A stretch of DNA of 64,000 bases from Macrostomum lignano (lineage: Eukaryota). The notes beneath the pieces are model-generated. The model saw nothing but the letters and a program-made list of their open reading frames with translations. It had not been told where the DNA came from and ran no database searches. Position numbers and translations under genes: made by a program. Of the stretch, positions 48,136-60,499 are shown in pieces (the stretch's first letter is position 1; every line of letters begins with the position of its first letter). The DNA lies in contig NIVC01003304.1 of assembly GCA_002269645.1 (NCBI GenBank), positions 41,016 through 105,015 on the forward strand, read 5' to 3'.

Positions 48136-48989
48136 TGAACAATCTGAGAATTTTGGGGCCCTAAAAACTCTTATTATTTATTTCGAAAAATTATTTCTTA
48201 TACTACTACTACTCTTAGATACAGATATATATCTATAGTACTTGATTGACTACAGAGAAATGACTTTAATAAATTAATAAAAAAGCTATATATTCCTAGA
48301 AAACTCCCACGAGCCGTCAGTCTGCAACAGATTGATTTGCAGCCCATTCGGCTCCTGTCAGCGGGTGGGAAAAAATCCAATATATCCGCCAGACCGATCT
48401 CCCTCCCCGTCGCCCCGGTGATTTCAATTAATTCCTTCTAGAAGCAGCGAGTCCTCGACTAGCAGAGATTCATCCGGCAATGATGGGGTCGAAAGCAGCA
48501 GATGACTCACGGCCCCGCCTCACTGTGCTGCCCAGCATTTATTCCTCAGCTGCTCCTCCCTTCTTCACCTACTTGTGCCGCTGCTGCCGCTGTTTCCGCA
48601 ATTTCCACCCCAGTCTTCTTCACCGCTGCTCTGCGGAACTGCGGCGGCCCTATCCCGGGGCTAAGCCTCTCTCTTAGCCATCTTGAGGAATTCCCCTTGC
48701 CCCCGAGTTGAGCTCAAATTGAGAGAGAGAGAGACCTTCATATATATATATATATATTGTTGAGAAGCGACTGATGAGGCATCTTGCTCTGCGGATTCTG
48801 CAGCTTAGTTGAAGAGTGAGAGAGCCAGAAAAGAAGAAGAAGAGGACGGATGGCGATGCTATTTTTCAGCCACTCGTCTCTGGCGAAGAAATTTCCCACA
48901 GCAAAGGGAGACAACCTGACGGTTTGTTTAAAACGGGGCAAACTCGGACAACGCAGCCACTCACCAGCTTCCCCCCCCCCAACACAATT

Positions 48990-49586
48990 CGGACACTCAC
49001 CGACAACCCGGACACTTACCGACAACCCGGACACTCACCGACAACTCGGACACTCACCGACAACCCGGACACTCACAGAAAATCCGGACACTCACCGACA
49101 ACCCGGACACTCACCGACAACCCGGAAACTTACCGACAATCCAGACACTCACCGACAACCCGGACACTCACCGACAACCCGGACACTCACCGACAACCGG
49201 ACACTCACCGACAATCCGGACACTCACCGACAACCCGGACACTCACCGACAACCCGGACACTCACCGACAACCGGACACTCACCGACAACCCGGACACTC
49301 ACCGACATCTCCACTCAGCACAACCCGGACACTCACCGACAACCCAGACACTCACCGACAACCCGGACACTCACCGACAACCCGGACACTCACCGACAAC
49401 CCGGACACTCACCGACAACCCGGACAATCACCGACAATCCGGACACTCACCGACAACCCGGACACTCACCGACAACTCGGACACTCACCGAAAATCCGGA
49501 CACTCACCGACAACCCGGACACTCACCGACAACCCGGACACTCACTCATCAGCTTCCCCACCGAGCACAACTCGGACACTCACCGG
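48990..49586 (+). repeat. 19-bp minisatellite CCCGGACACTCACCGACAA abutting a LAR splice donor
   Basis: About 30 units; core identical to the donor sequence. Confidence 0.93.
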
Positions 49587-49913
49587 CCTCCTCAGTCTTA
49601 ACCATGATGGTAGTCTTGGGCCCGTAGCCCTCGTTGTTCTTGGCGGCAAGGCTGATGTTGTAGGTGACACCAGGCTTGAGCTCGCTCTGCAGCCGTTTGC
49701 CCGAGCTGTCCCGGCTGATGAACAGCACTTCCTTCTTGATCAGCTGTGCCAGCTCGGGCGGCTCGATGACAGAGACGGTCAGCTGGTACTCTTCAATCCG
49801 AGGACTATTGATGGTGTCTGGCGGTTTCCAGGACAAATCCACCACTGGCATGGTCGAGTGGCCGAGCTCGATGCTGGACACGATGGCTCGAAGATCTCTG
49901 GGCGCCGAGGGCA
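49584..49913 (-). CDS. Lar: LAR-family RPTP FN3 exon
   Basis: VPSAPRDL...LSWKPP...LKPGVTYNISLAAKNNEGYGP...KTEEA; phase 1-1. Confidence 0.9.
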
Positions 49914-51061
49914 CTGCAGTGCAGGTGTCGGGGTCGGAGCAGTCATTAGCAAACGAGGGGCCATAGAGAAGCGAGGGCTGCTGCGGTCTGGGCTGCCAAG
50001 CCACATAGCAGGGCGGCACCAGCAGAAGCAGCAATATTGGTGGCAGCAGCATGAGAATGTGGCCAGGGCTGGCTAGCAAAGGTTTCAAACTAAATTGCGG
50101 AAGCAGCGGATCTATCCCTAAGAGGCTGAGAGTCGAACTACCGAATCTCTGCGTCAAATAGGTGAGGCAAACGAGGAGGCTGGCTGCACAAGCGAGCCCG
50201 GCTTTTGGTTGGTCACCCGAAGCAGGGCAGGGGATTGGGGAGATAGGGAGACCGCTGAATCGGTTTGGGGAATTGATGCTAGCTAGCTAGGGAAGAGAGG
50301 AGCACGGAAGGGTAGGAATGGAAGGCTAGGATAGGAAATGGGGATGGCGTAGGCCACCCATCTCCCTCTCCCCTGTAGAAAATGCAGCTGCATGCACTAC
50401 GAAGCCAGCAAAATGTATTAAATATTAGGAGACAGAATTCATGACTGCTCAGAAAGCCCCTAAACAACTCACACACATCGCGTGGGAAGGGCTACGCACG
50501 GATATGGGACTATGCAGGTAGGGGGAAGCGTAGGATAAGGAACGTAGGGCCAGGGCGCAAGGCGAGAGACATCACCATATCTCCCCCTCCCCAGCCACCA
50601 GTGTTGTAAGCCCGCCTGGAAATGCACTTACTCCCACGAGACTCAGACACTATGCATGCGGTGCCCCGGCAAGTGTCATTCATAATTCAGGTGATGTGGA
50701 AGTGGGCGGACGGTCCGCTGCCGACATGGCTGGTGGCGGCGAGGTACACAAGATTTACACCCGCCTTTGCTGGGCGGCTCTGTGAGCTTTTATGAGTGAA
50801 AAAATATTCATTTCAAATGCAAACTTTTTTTATGCCCGGTGAAATTAGCAAATTAAATTGGCTATATTCGATTGGAATCCCTATGGGGACGATTTGAATA
50901 ACCCCCCCCGAGCTGAACGACAGCAAAATGTATATCAAGAATTGAATAGTAGAATAGGTTGACCATGCTGACCTGGGTGCGGGAATTCATCTGTATTCCA
51001 TGAATAGGATCTTTTTATTGTTACTGTGAAGGCGATGGCTTCTTGGTGATGAAACTGGCAC

Positions 51062-51122
51062 TGTGATGGTGATGGTGATGATGATGGTGATGGTGATGAT
51101 GATGGTGATGATGATGATGATA

Positions 51123-51175
<53 letters not shown>

Positions 51176-51230
51176 AGTGATGATGATGATGTTGATGGTG
51201 ATGATGATGGTGATGATTATAATTGTGATA

Positions 51231-51307
<77 letters not shown>

Positions 51308-51341
51308 GGTGATGATTATAATTGTGATAATGATGATGATG

Positions 51342-51391
<50 letters not shown>

Positions 51392-51452
51392 GATGATGGT
51401 GATGATGATGATGGTGATGATTATAATTGTGACAATGATGATGATGATGATA

Positions 51453-51502
<50 letters not shown>

Positions 51503-51524
51503 GGTGATGATTATAATTGTGATA

Positions 51525-51577
<53 letters not shown>

Positions 51578-51614
51578 GATGATGATGATGATGGTGATGA
51601 TTATAATTGTGATA

Positions 51615-51691
<77 letters not shown>

Positions 51692-51743
51692 GGTGATGAT
51701 GATGATGGTGATGATTATAATTGTGATAATGATGATGATGATT

Positions 51744-51775
<32 letters not shown>

Positions 51776-51875
51776 AGTGATGATGATGATGGTGATGTGA
51801 TGATGGTGATGGTGATGATAATGAGATGGTGATGACGATGGTGATGATGATGGTGCTGGATGGTGATGATGATGC
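51062..51875 (+). repeat. (GAT/GGT)n trinucleotide microsatellite with embedded (ATT)n and recurring GATTATAATTGTGATAAT spacers
   Basis: About 800 bp. Confidence 0.97.
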
Positions 51876-52394
51876 TGCTGGATTCTTAGTACTAAAACCG
51901 GCACTGCGACAAGCAAAACGCTTTTAGCAGCAGTGCAGAAAATTGCAGGAAATTGCAGAAGCAAAAGAATAGCTGCGGTCCTATTAGTGCAAATATGCAA
52001 AACTGCCCTACAGGCAGCAGCGTCCACAGGAAACTCGTCAATGCAAGTCCGGAGGTGAGCCGCCCGGAGGGCCAGCAGCGGTGGGAGGGGCTTGGGCAGA
52101 AATTCGAGGCAGAGCTGGGATTTGGCTAAAGAAGTAAAGGAGGGGAATTTGCCGCTTGGCCAGTTTTAATGAGACAGACTTAAGGAGCGATGGGCGCGGG
52201 GACGCGGTTGAGACAGTGGGCAAAGTCTACTGAGAGCTCGCGACTCAAAATCCTAATTTAAGTTCTGAGTCTGAGCAACTACTGTGAATATAAGTTTCAT
52301 TATAATTGGTCAAGTCTAGTTCCTTCAAAAATTTTATTTTGAATGCTAATTTAAAATATTAGCATTTATTAGCATTACGAGTTTGTTCACGCCG

Positions 52395-52805
52395 ATATCC
52401 ATCCAAAATCCTTAGTTTCCTACTGATATTTTAGTAACTCTTCTACACCGATATGTATCGAAAATTAGTATTTTTCTATTGGAATTTTATTAACTCTTCT
52501 ACACCGACATGTATCGAAAATCTGTAGTTTTCTACTGTAATTTTATTAATTCTTCTACACCGATATGTATCGAAAATAGGTGTAGTTCTCTACTGTAATT
52601 TTAGTAACTCTTCTACACCCCCGATATGTATAGAAAATTTTTATTGGAATTTTAGTAACTCATTTTCTATCCCGATATGTATTGAAGATAGATGTAGTTC
52701 TCTACTGTAATTCTAGTAACTCTTCTACACCCCCGATATGTATCGAAAAATTGTAGTTTTCTACTGTAATTCTAGTAACTCTTCTACAACGATATGTATC
52801 GAAAT
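52395..52805 (+). repeat. About 57-bp tandem repeat (...TAACTCTTCTACACCGATATGTATCGAAAA...)
   Basis: About 7 units. Confidence 0.85.
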
Positions 52806-53344
52806 GCAGCAAAACTTGCTGAATAAAACACGACCCTAAATAACAATTACGCGAGCGCCGCGGCAAACTGAACGAGTAGGTCTCAGCAGCCACTTCGAAA
52901 TAGTCGATTTTAGGAAAGCGCGCGAGCGAGCGCGGAAAGTCGAGAATCGCCCGGGCCCCCTGGGGAGTCGCGTCTGTCTCCGGGTCCCTAAGCTCCACCT
53001 CCCCCCTAATTTTCCTGCGCTGAAGAGAAACTTTTTCGCTCTGCCGCGCCGTCGACGCAGGCGGACGCCGCTCGGGGCGAACAATGAGATTAGCGGCAAG
53101 CCAGACCGTAATTATTTTGCATTAGCTGGGCCGCTCCCTCACTCCTATCCCTCCCCCAAAAAAAAGAAAACTCGATGACAGTCGAGCACGATGGGGCGAC
53201 ACTTTTCTCCCTATGTGAAACGTTGTCTGTTTTGTAGGTTGCTATGGACATCTAAGAGAGAGACACCCGGTTCAGGAAATCGAGCGGAATTGTCGTGGTC
53301 TGTTTTAATCGAATATCGAGTCAGTCCATCTGTTTGAGGCACTC

Positions 53345-53632
53345 ATTTTGACGCCCCAAACAGGTACTCCTTTTAGCTCTGCAGACACTCATTTTGGCGA
53401 CGCAGGCACTTATTTTGGCGCCACATGCACTCATTTTGGCGCCTCTCTCACTCATTTTGGCGCCTCACTCTCTCATTTTGGCGCCACATACACTCATTTT
53501 GGCGCCTCACTCTCTCATTTTGGCGCCATTTTGGCGTCTTTTTGGCGCCACATGCACTCATTTTAGCACTGCAGACACTCATTTTGGCGCCGCAGAAACT
53601 CATTTTGGCATCGCAGACACTCATTTTGGCGC
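53345..53632 (+). repeat. About 24-bp repeat with ACTCATTTTGGCGCC core
   Basis: About 12 units. Confidence 0.85.
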
Positions 53633-54004
53633 CCGGAAACAAAATTGTTGATTTCCATAACGGAGTTACAAAGTTACAAAATTCGGACCAGGCAAAGTTT
53701 GAATCGGTGCGTGCGCGCGGAGGTCGTGGGATCAATGGGACGACGGTTAGTGCATTAAGGAAATTAAGGCCAGAAAACACGCGAGGCATCCAACCCCCCC
53801 CCCGATCCTCCCCCCAGTCCTACTGTGCCATTCATTCGAGGGACAGCCTCGCAAACCGCTGCTTGTGAGGTCGGGCATGAATCACTTTTTTGGATGAAAA
53901 TTGCATGCTAAAAAGAAGGCGGCCCCACAACCCCCACATAATAGGGCCTGCCTGCAGTTCATTCATGCTGATGCGGATTCGAAGTCCAAAAGATCTCCAA
54001 GATC

Positions 54005-54740
54005 ACAAATCCCAAAATCCCAACTTCCAAGATCCCAACTTCCAAGATCCCAACTCCCAAGATCCCAACTCCCAAGATCCCAACTCCCAAGATCCCAACT
54101 CCCAAAACCCCAACTTCTAAGATCCCAAATCCCAATGTCCGAACTCTCGAGATCCCAAATCCCAAAGTCCGAACTCTCGAGATCCCAAATCCCAAGATCC
54201 CATTTTACAAGATCCCAAATCCCAAAAATCCGAACTCCGAGATCCCAAATCCCAAGATCCTATCTTCCAAGATACTAAATCCCAAGATACCAACTTCGAA
54301 GATCCCAAATCCCAAGATCCCAACTCCCAAAATCCCAACGCCTAAGATCCCAAATCCCAAAATCCGAAATCCCGAGATCCCAAATTCCAAAATCCCATCT
54401 TACTAGATCCTAAATCTTAAGATGCCAACTTCCAAGATCCCGAATCCCCAGATTCCGAATCTCAAAATCTCAAACCCTAAAGCCGAAGATCCCAACTCCC
54501 AAGATCCCAACTCCCAAGATCCCAACTCCCAAGATCCCAACTCCCAATATCCCAACTCCCAAGATCCCAACTCCCAAGATCCCAACTCCCAACCAACTCC
54601 CAAGATCCCAACTCCCAAGATCCCAACTCCCAAGATCCCAACTCCCATGATCCAAAATCAGAAGATCCCAAATCCCAAGATCCCAATTCCCAATGCTTAT
54701 AAAAAATTCCCGATATATAAAAATCCCAAACATTAAATCC
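54005..54740 (+). repeat. 15-bp repeat CCAAGATCCCAACTC and variants
   Basis: Degenerate tandem tract. Confidence 0.9.
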
Positions 54741-55559
54741 GTATCTCAAGATCATTAATCCTGCACATTCCCAGCTTGCAACAATCCCCAGATCCACATC
54801 CCATTCCAAATAATTGGCAAATTTCAAATCAAGCCATCAGTTAAATTATTAAATACACAGGAGAGGCAACGAGAAGCAGAGAATCAAGCAGCAGGCGCTT
54901 GTTTTTACATCAGCTCAGTGTTTCTAGCCGCCTCAATAGAGCAGCACGGGAGGCGCAGTGAAGGATCAGCCCCTGCAGTTGACAGTTGGCAAATAATAGA
55001 TTTTTTCTATGCAGACTGGACGTACAGGGCAGGCAGAGAGCAGCTTCACTGAGTCAAGGGGGTGGGGCAAAGATTACAGACTGGAAGGAGAGGATGAGAA
55101 GAAACAGGCAGACAGACAAGTGCAACAGCGGCGCACAGCCTCCCCTTCCATCCGCTTCATCTGTCATGACGTCTTTCCCAATCTCTACCCACTCTTGTTT
55201 CCCCCCAGCCTCTACATGATAAAAGGCCGGTCAGTTATGGTTAAAAAATGTTAACCTCTCGTACTCCTATCGCTACACTGAGTTGCCAGGCTGGCTGCCT
55301 ATCTTAGCCCCAGCCCGATCACTGCCAACTGGATCTTCTCCGTAGGAAGGGGGGGGGGGTGGAGGCGGGCCGGTTTTCTAGGCGAAGCTCAGTCAGATGG
55401 AACACTGGCTCAGATATTCATATTCGAGTAGGTAGGTAAGAAAAGGCAAGAAGATGAGAAGGTCTGTAGAGCTCTAATGCATGCGCTTGATGACAATATA
55501 GAAAAGAGAGGAGAGAGGTACGAATGCGGAAGAAGAGAAAAAATATAAAAAAGAGAAGA

Positions 55560-55608
55560 TAAAAAGATAGGGAAGAGGGGATAGAAGAAAGGAAATAGGA
55601 TAGAAGAG

Positions 55609-55649
<41 letters not shown>

Positions 55650-56530
55650 GAGGAGAGGAGAGAAGAGAGGGGAGAGGAGAGAGGGGAGAGAAGAGAGGGG
55701 AAAGAAGAGAGGGGAGAGAAGGGAGGGGAGAGAAGGGAGGGGAGAAAAGAGAGGGGAAAGAAGAGAGGGGAAGAAGAGAGGGGAGAGAAGAGAGGGGAAA
55801 GAAGAGAGGGGAAAGAAGAGAGGGGAGAGAAGAGAGGGGAAAGAAGAGAGGGGAGAGAAGAGGGGAGAGAAGGGAGGGGAGGGAAGGGAGAGGAGAGGGG
55901 AGAGAAAGGAGGGGAGAGAAGAGAGGGGAGAGAAGGGAGGGAGGGAAGGGAGAGAAGAGGTGAGAGAAGGGAGGGGAGAGAAGGGAGAGAAGAGGGGAGA
56001 GAAGGGAGAGGAGAGAAGAGGGGAGAGAAGGGAGGGGAGAGAAGAGAGGGGAGAGAAGGGAGGGAGGGAAGGGAGAGAAGAGGGGAGAGAAGGGAGGGGA
56101 GAGAAGGGAGAGAAGAGGGGAGAGAAGGGAGGGAGAGAAGAGGGGAGAGAAGGGAGGGGAGAGAAGAGAGGGGAGAGAAGGGAGGGAGGGAAGGGAGAGA
56201 AGAGGGGAGAGAAGGGAGGGGAGAGAAGGGAGAGAAAGGGGAGAGAAGGGAGGGGAGAGAAGAGGGGAGAGAAGGGAGGGGAGGGAAGGGAGAGGAGAGG
56301 GGAGAGAAGGGAGGGGAGAGAAGAGGGGAGAGAAGGGAGGGGAGGGAAGGGAGAGAAGAGGGGAGAGAAGGGAGGGGAGAGAAGAGGGGAGAGAAGGGAG
56401 GGGAGGGAAGGGAGAGGAGAGGGGAGAGAAGGGAGGGAGAGAAGAGAGGGGAGAGAAGGGAGGGAGGGAAGGGAGAGAAGAGGGGAGAGAAGGGAGGGGA
56501 GGGAAGGGAGGGGAGAGAAGAAAAGAGACA
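55560..56530 (+). repeat. Polypurine (GA) tract
   Basis: About 950 bp; 55680-56520 is essentially only G and A. Confidence 0.95.
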
Positions 56531-57119
56531 AGAGAGTAGAGACGAGCTGGCAGCGGCAGGCAGTGGCGCGAGCTCACCAGTGCCGAATATCACTAGCAGA
56601 ATTGCACAAGCCACGCGCATCAGTTCCTCCCCTCTCTCTGATAAAGCCGAGGATTGATTCCCTAACCTTAGGGGGATCTTTATCCAGCAGCAACTCTAGC
56701 AATCCCAATTCTCAGGGAATCTGAAGCGGCGGCTTTGTCAGATAACAATAAAAATGCTTCAGTATCAGCATACAGGGCCGCATGCTGGGGTCGTGATTCA
56801 CCGCCAGATGGACCGGTTAAGGGAAAAAAAAGCCAATTATAGGCAAGGAATTCGGCTTGCAACTTACGATTTCCCAATCTCCCTAAGCAGATAAAGCTTA
56901 GGAATAATTGATACAGTAAGGGGCGCACACGCATGCAGCACGCCGTAGCTACGAGTCGTACCTTCATTCCATACAAGGTTGAACAGAATGAAAATAAACA
57001 AAAAGCACGTAGGAAAAGAATGAAGCGGGGGTCACTAATCTAATCGAGTGCCGTCTGATACTGGAGCAAAGACTTCGGGATTAGAGATATTCGATTTTAG
57101 CGAGGAAACAAGGCCAAGG

Positions 57120-57650
57120 CCACGCCACACCACAAAGCTTGGCGCCACACACAACACAAAGCTTGGCGCCATCCACAACTCAAAGCTTGGCGCCACTCAC
57201 ACCACAAGCTTGGTGCCACCCACAATACAAAGCTTCGCGCCATCCACAACTCAAAGATTGGCGCCATCCACAACACAAAGCTTGGCGCCATCTACAACAC
57301 AAGGCTTGGCGACATACACAACACAAATCTTGGCACCGTCCACAACACAAAGCTTGGCGCCATCTACAACACAAGGCTTGGCGCCACACACAACAGAAAG
57401 CTTGGCGCCATCCACAACACAAATCTTGGCGCCATCTACAACACAAAGCTTGGCGCCATCCACAACAAAAGTCTTGGCGCCATCTACAACACAAAGCTTG
57501 GCGCCATCCACATCTCAAAGCTTGGCGCCATCTGCAAAACAAAGCTTGGCGCCACCCAAAACACAAGTTTAGCGCCCTACCAAAACAAGCTTGGTGCCAC
57601 TCACACCACAAGTTTAGCGCTCTACCAACACAAAGCTTGGCGCCCCCAGA
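57120..57650 (+). repeat. 24-bp minisatellite ACACAAAGCTTGGCGCCATCCACA
   Basis: About 20 units. Confidence 0.9.
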
Positions 57651-58319
57651 CACAGCCACACACACGCAGTATGGCCACATAACAAGTCAATCGGATGTGT
57701 AAGCGAAGGAGAGAGACGATTAGAAGAAGGGAAGTGAAATGTCTGACTGTGAAAGACAGACAGGGCAGACAGACAGGTGCTAAGGAAGCAAGCAGCTGGA
57801 AACGAATGCTGAACTGGTGGGTTTACCGCACACCTTATGTGGCTGCACTGGATGCAGCTAGGATGCAGCTAGAAAATTTAGCGATTGCTGCTTTTTTCCT
57901 ACCTATTTTTGACTTCATGCCGAGAAACCCGTCCGGCCTTGCAGGTAAGCCTAGCTATCAATTTTTTTCCTCTAATCCCCTAGCCTGTAATCCGTGCCTG
58001 CATCCTTATCTTATAAAGAAGAAATCGATTTTGTTCGATCGCTTCAGATTTTGATAGGTAGGCATTGAAAAGCAAGAAGAAAACAACAGGAATTTTCTTT
58101 TGCTGCTGTCAGTCAGTGCAATCCGAGACATCCTCCCGGCCCCTACATCCCCAGCGGGGCTTTTAAAGGCTTTTAAAATGAAATTTAGATTGCTTTTGAA
58201 GCCGAATTTTGCTTTTGGATAGAAATCTTTCTTTCTGCGATGTCTCCTAGTTTACTCGTGATTTTCTGCAACGACTTTTGAATACGATATCTTCTGCTTT
58301 TGGGCCTAAACCTTTGGCT

Positions 58320-58655
58320 TCCTTCATCTCTCCCCTTCATATCTTTCGCTTCCACTCTTCAAATCTCTCGCTTCCACCCTTCATATCTATCGTTTCCACC
58401 CTTCATATCTCTCGCTTCCACCCTTTATATCTCTCGCTTCCGCCCTTCATATATAATACCCTTCCACCCTTCATATATAATGCTTCCACTCTTCATATCT
58501 CTCGCTTCCACCCTTCATACCTATCGTTTCCACCCTTCATATCTCTCGCTTCCACCCTTTATATCTCTCGCTTCCACCCTTCATACCTATCGTTTCCACC
58601 CTTCATATCTCTCGCTTCCACCTTTCATATCTCTCGCTTCCACCCTTCATACCGT
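58320..58655 (+). repeat. 20-21-bp minisatellite TTCCACCCTTCATATCTCTCGC
   Basis: About 16 units. Confidence 0.9.
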
Positions 58656-58739
58656 TCGGAAACTGGGAAGCAGGGAAATTTGGAAACTGGGAAACTGGGA
58701 AGAGCTGAGGCAATCAGCCAGCCAAACGCCAAGACTCAC

Positions 58740-59051
58740 CCTGTCCCAGTGTAGCCACAGGCGCAGGAATAGTAGCGTAGGGCCCAGTGTGAGCTCCGCT
58801 AGAAGCTGCCACCGCACAATGTACAGAGTCTTGGGCTCCAGGCCGCGGATGGTGTACGCGATAGCGGCGCTGGTTGGCCGCTTCGTTATTCACATCGATG
58901 TGCTTCCCAGTGCTGGGCGAATCCGAAGCTTTATAATAGGACACGCGCCACTGTTGTATGGCGCTCTTCTGCAGCTTGGGCGGCGACCATTCCACCACAA
59001 TGTCCTGCCCGTTCACCACAGTGGCTTTGATGTCTTCGGGCGCGTCCGGGT
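58740..59051 (-). CDS. Lar: LAR-family RPTP FN3 exon with compensating frameshifts
   Basis: DPDAPEDIKA...VEWSPP. The conserved YTIRGLEPKTLYIVR lies in a shifted frame over about 58815-58875. Phase 1-1. Confidence 0.8.
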
Positions 59052-59649
59052 CTGCAGGGATGAACAATAATTATTTCATAAAATTCATGCGCACCAGTTT
59101 CGAAGGGCTGTTTTATGCAAAAAAATATGCGCTAGAAGTTTTCCCATCCATACTACTTAATCAAATCGTGTAAGTAGAAAACATAGCAAATAACAAGATT
59201 TTTACATCGCAGACTGACCTTAGACGGAGTGAAAATATCTAGTTAGTAAAAATTGTTTGCTCGTACAGTTCACAGCAACAAAGGCAGCATTTTATATTCA
59301 AAAAATAAACACACAACAGTTTTATGTTTTTGTTTATAAATTAGTTCCAACTTTTATATGAGAAAATTAAGCAAACTAAGGTTAAGCTATAAAACTTATT
59401 ACAACAGAGATTAGCTTAATAATATGGATTAGTGTAACAATCTTCTATATATAAATAGGACTCCTCGTCTAGCGATAAATAAAAATGGAAGACGGCAGAA
59501 ATCTGTCAATCATTCGTCTATCAAATAGCATGCAGTAATCAGGGTTGAAGCGTGCAGCATGCTCAGTACTGGGTTCCGCATTGGGAAGCGATTTTTCTAT
59601 TGTTATTGGGGAAATTGGGCTGGATAAGGAAAACGGGCAGGGGAATGTT

Positions 59650-60305
59650 TAGGGGCGGAAACCGGATAGGGGCGGAAACCGGATAGGGGCGGAAACCGGA
59701 TAGGGGCGGAAACCGGATAGGGGCGGAAACCGGATAGGGGCGGAAACCGGATAGGGGCGGAAACCGGATAGGGGCGGAAACCGGATAGGAGCGGAAACCG
59801 GATGGGGGCGGAAACCGGATAGGGGCGGAAACCGGATAGGGGCGGAAACCGGATAGGGGCGGAAACCGGATAGGGGCGGAAACCGGATAGGGGCGGAAAC
59901 CGGATAGGGCGGAAACCGGATAGGAGCGGAAACCGGATGGGGCGGAAACCGGATAGGGGCGGAAACCGGATAGGGGCGGAAACCGGATAGGGGCGGAAAC
60001 TGGATAGGGGTGGAAACTGGATAGGGGTGGAAACCGGATAGGGGTGGAAACTGGATAGGGGTGGAAACCGGATAGGGGTGGAAAATGCATAGGGGCAGAA
60101 ACTGGATAGGGGTGGAAAATGCATAGGGGTGGAAAATGCATAGGGGCGGAAACTGGATAGGGGTGGAAACTGGATAGGGGCGGAAACCGGATAGGGGCGG
60201 AAACTGGATAGGGGCGGAAACCGGATAGGGGCGGAACATGGATAGGGGCGGAAAATGCATAGGGGCGGAAACCGGATAGGGGCGGAAACTGGATAGGGGC
60301 GGAAA
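59650..60305 (+). repeat. 17-bp minisatellite ATAGGGGCGGAAACCGG
   Basis: About 38 units. Confidence 0.95.
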
Positions 60306-60499
60306 ATAAATAGATGCGGAAAATAGTTGGGCGGATGAAAAATGATGGGGGAGTGAAGAAATAACGGAATCCTTTTTAGATTTAGAAATCACTCCGTTAC
60401 GGAAGCAGACAAGAGAAAGCCGAGAAAGCTGTTTCTAGCAATTTGGTTTCCCAGGACGGCAGGATAGCGGACTAGCGGCGGCCGGTGTCGGGAACAAAC

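Noticed and set aside
50987-52027. Poly-Ile/His and poly-Met ORFs
   Set aside because: Translations of a (GAT)n microsatellite.
52030-52054. Plus-strand 25-nt segment flanked by cacag| and |gtgagc, like a microexon of an antisense nested gene
   Set aside because: No partner exons were found and the length is not a multiple of three; such a pair is expected by chance in 64 kb.
57930-57950. ccttgcagGTAAGC resembling a recursive splice site
   Set aside because: It is on the strand opposite to LAR and no plus-strand host transcript is evident.
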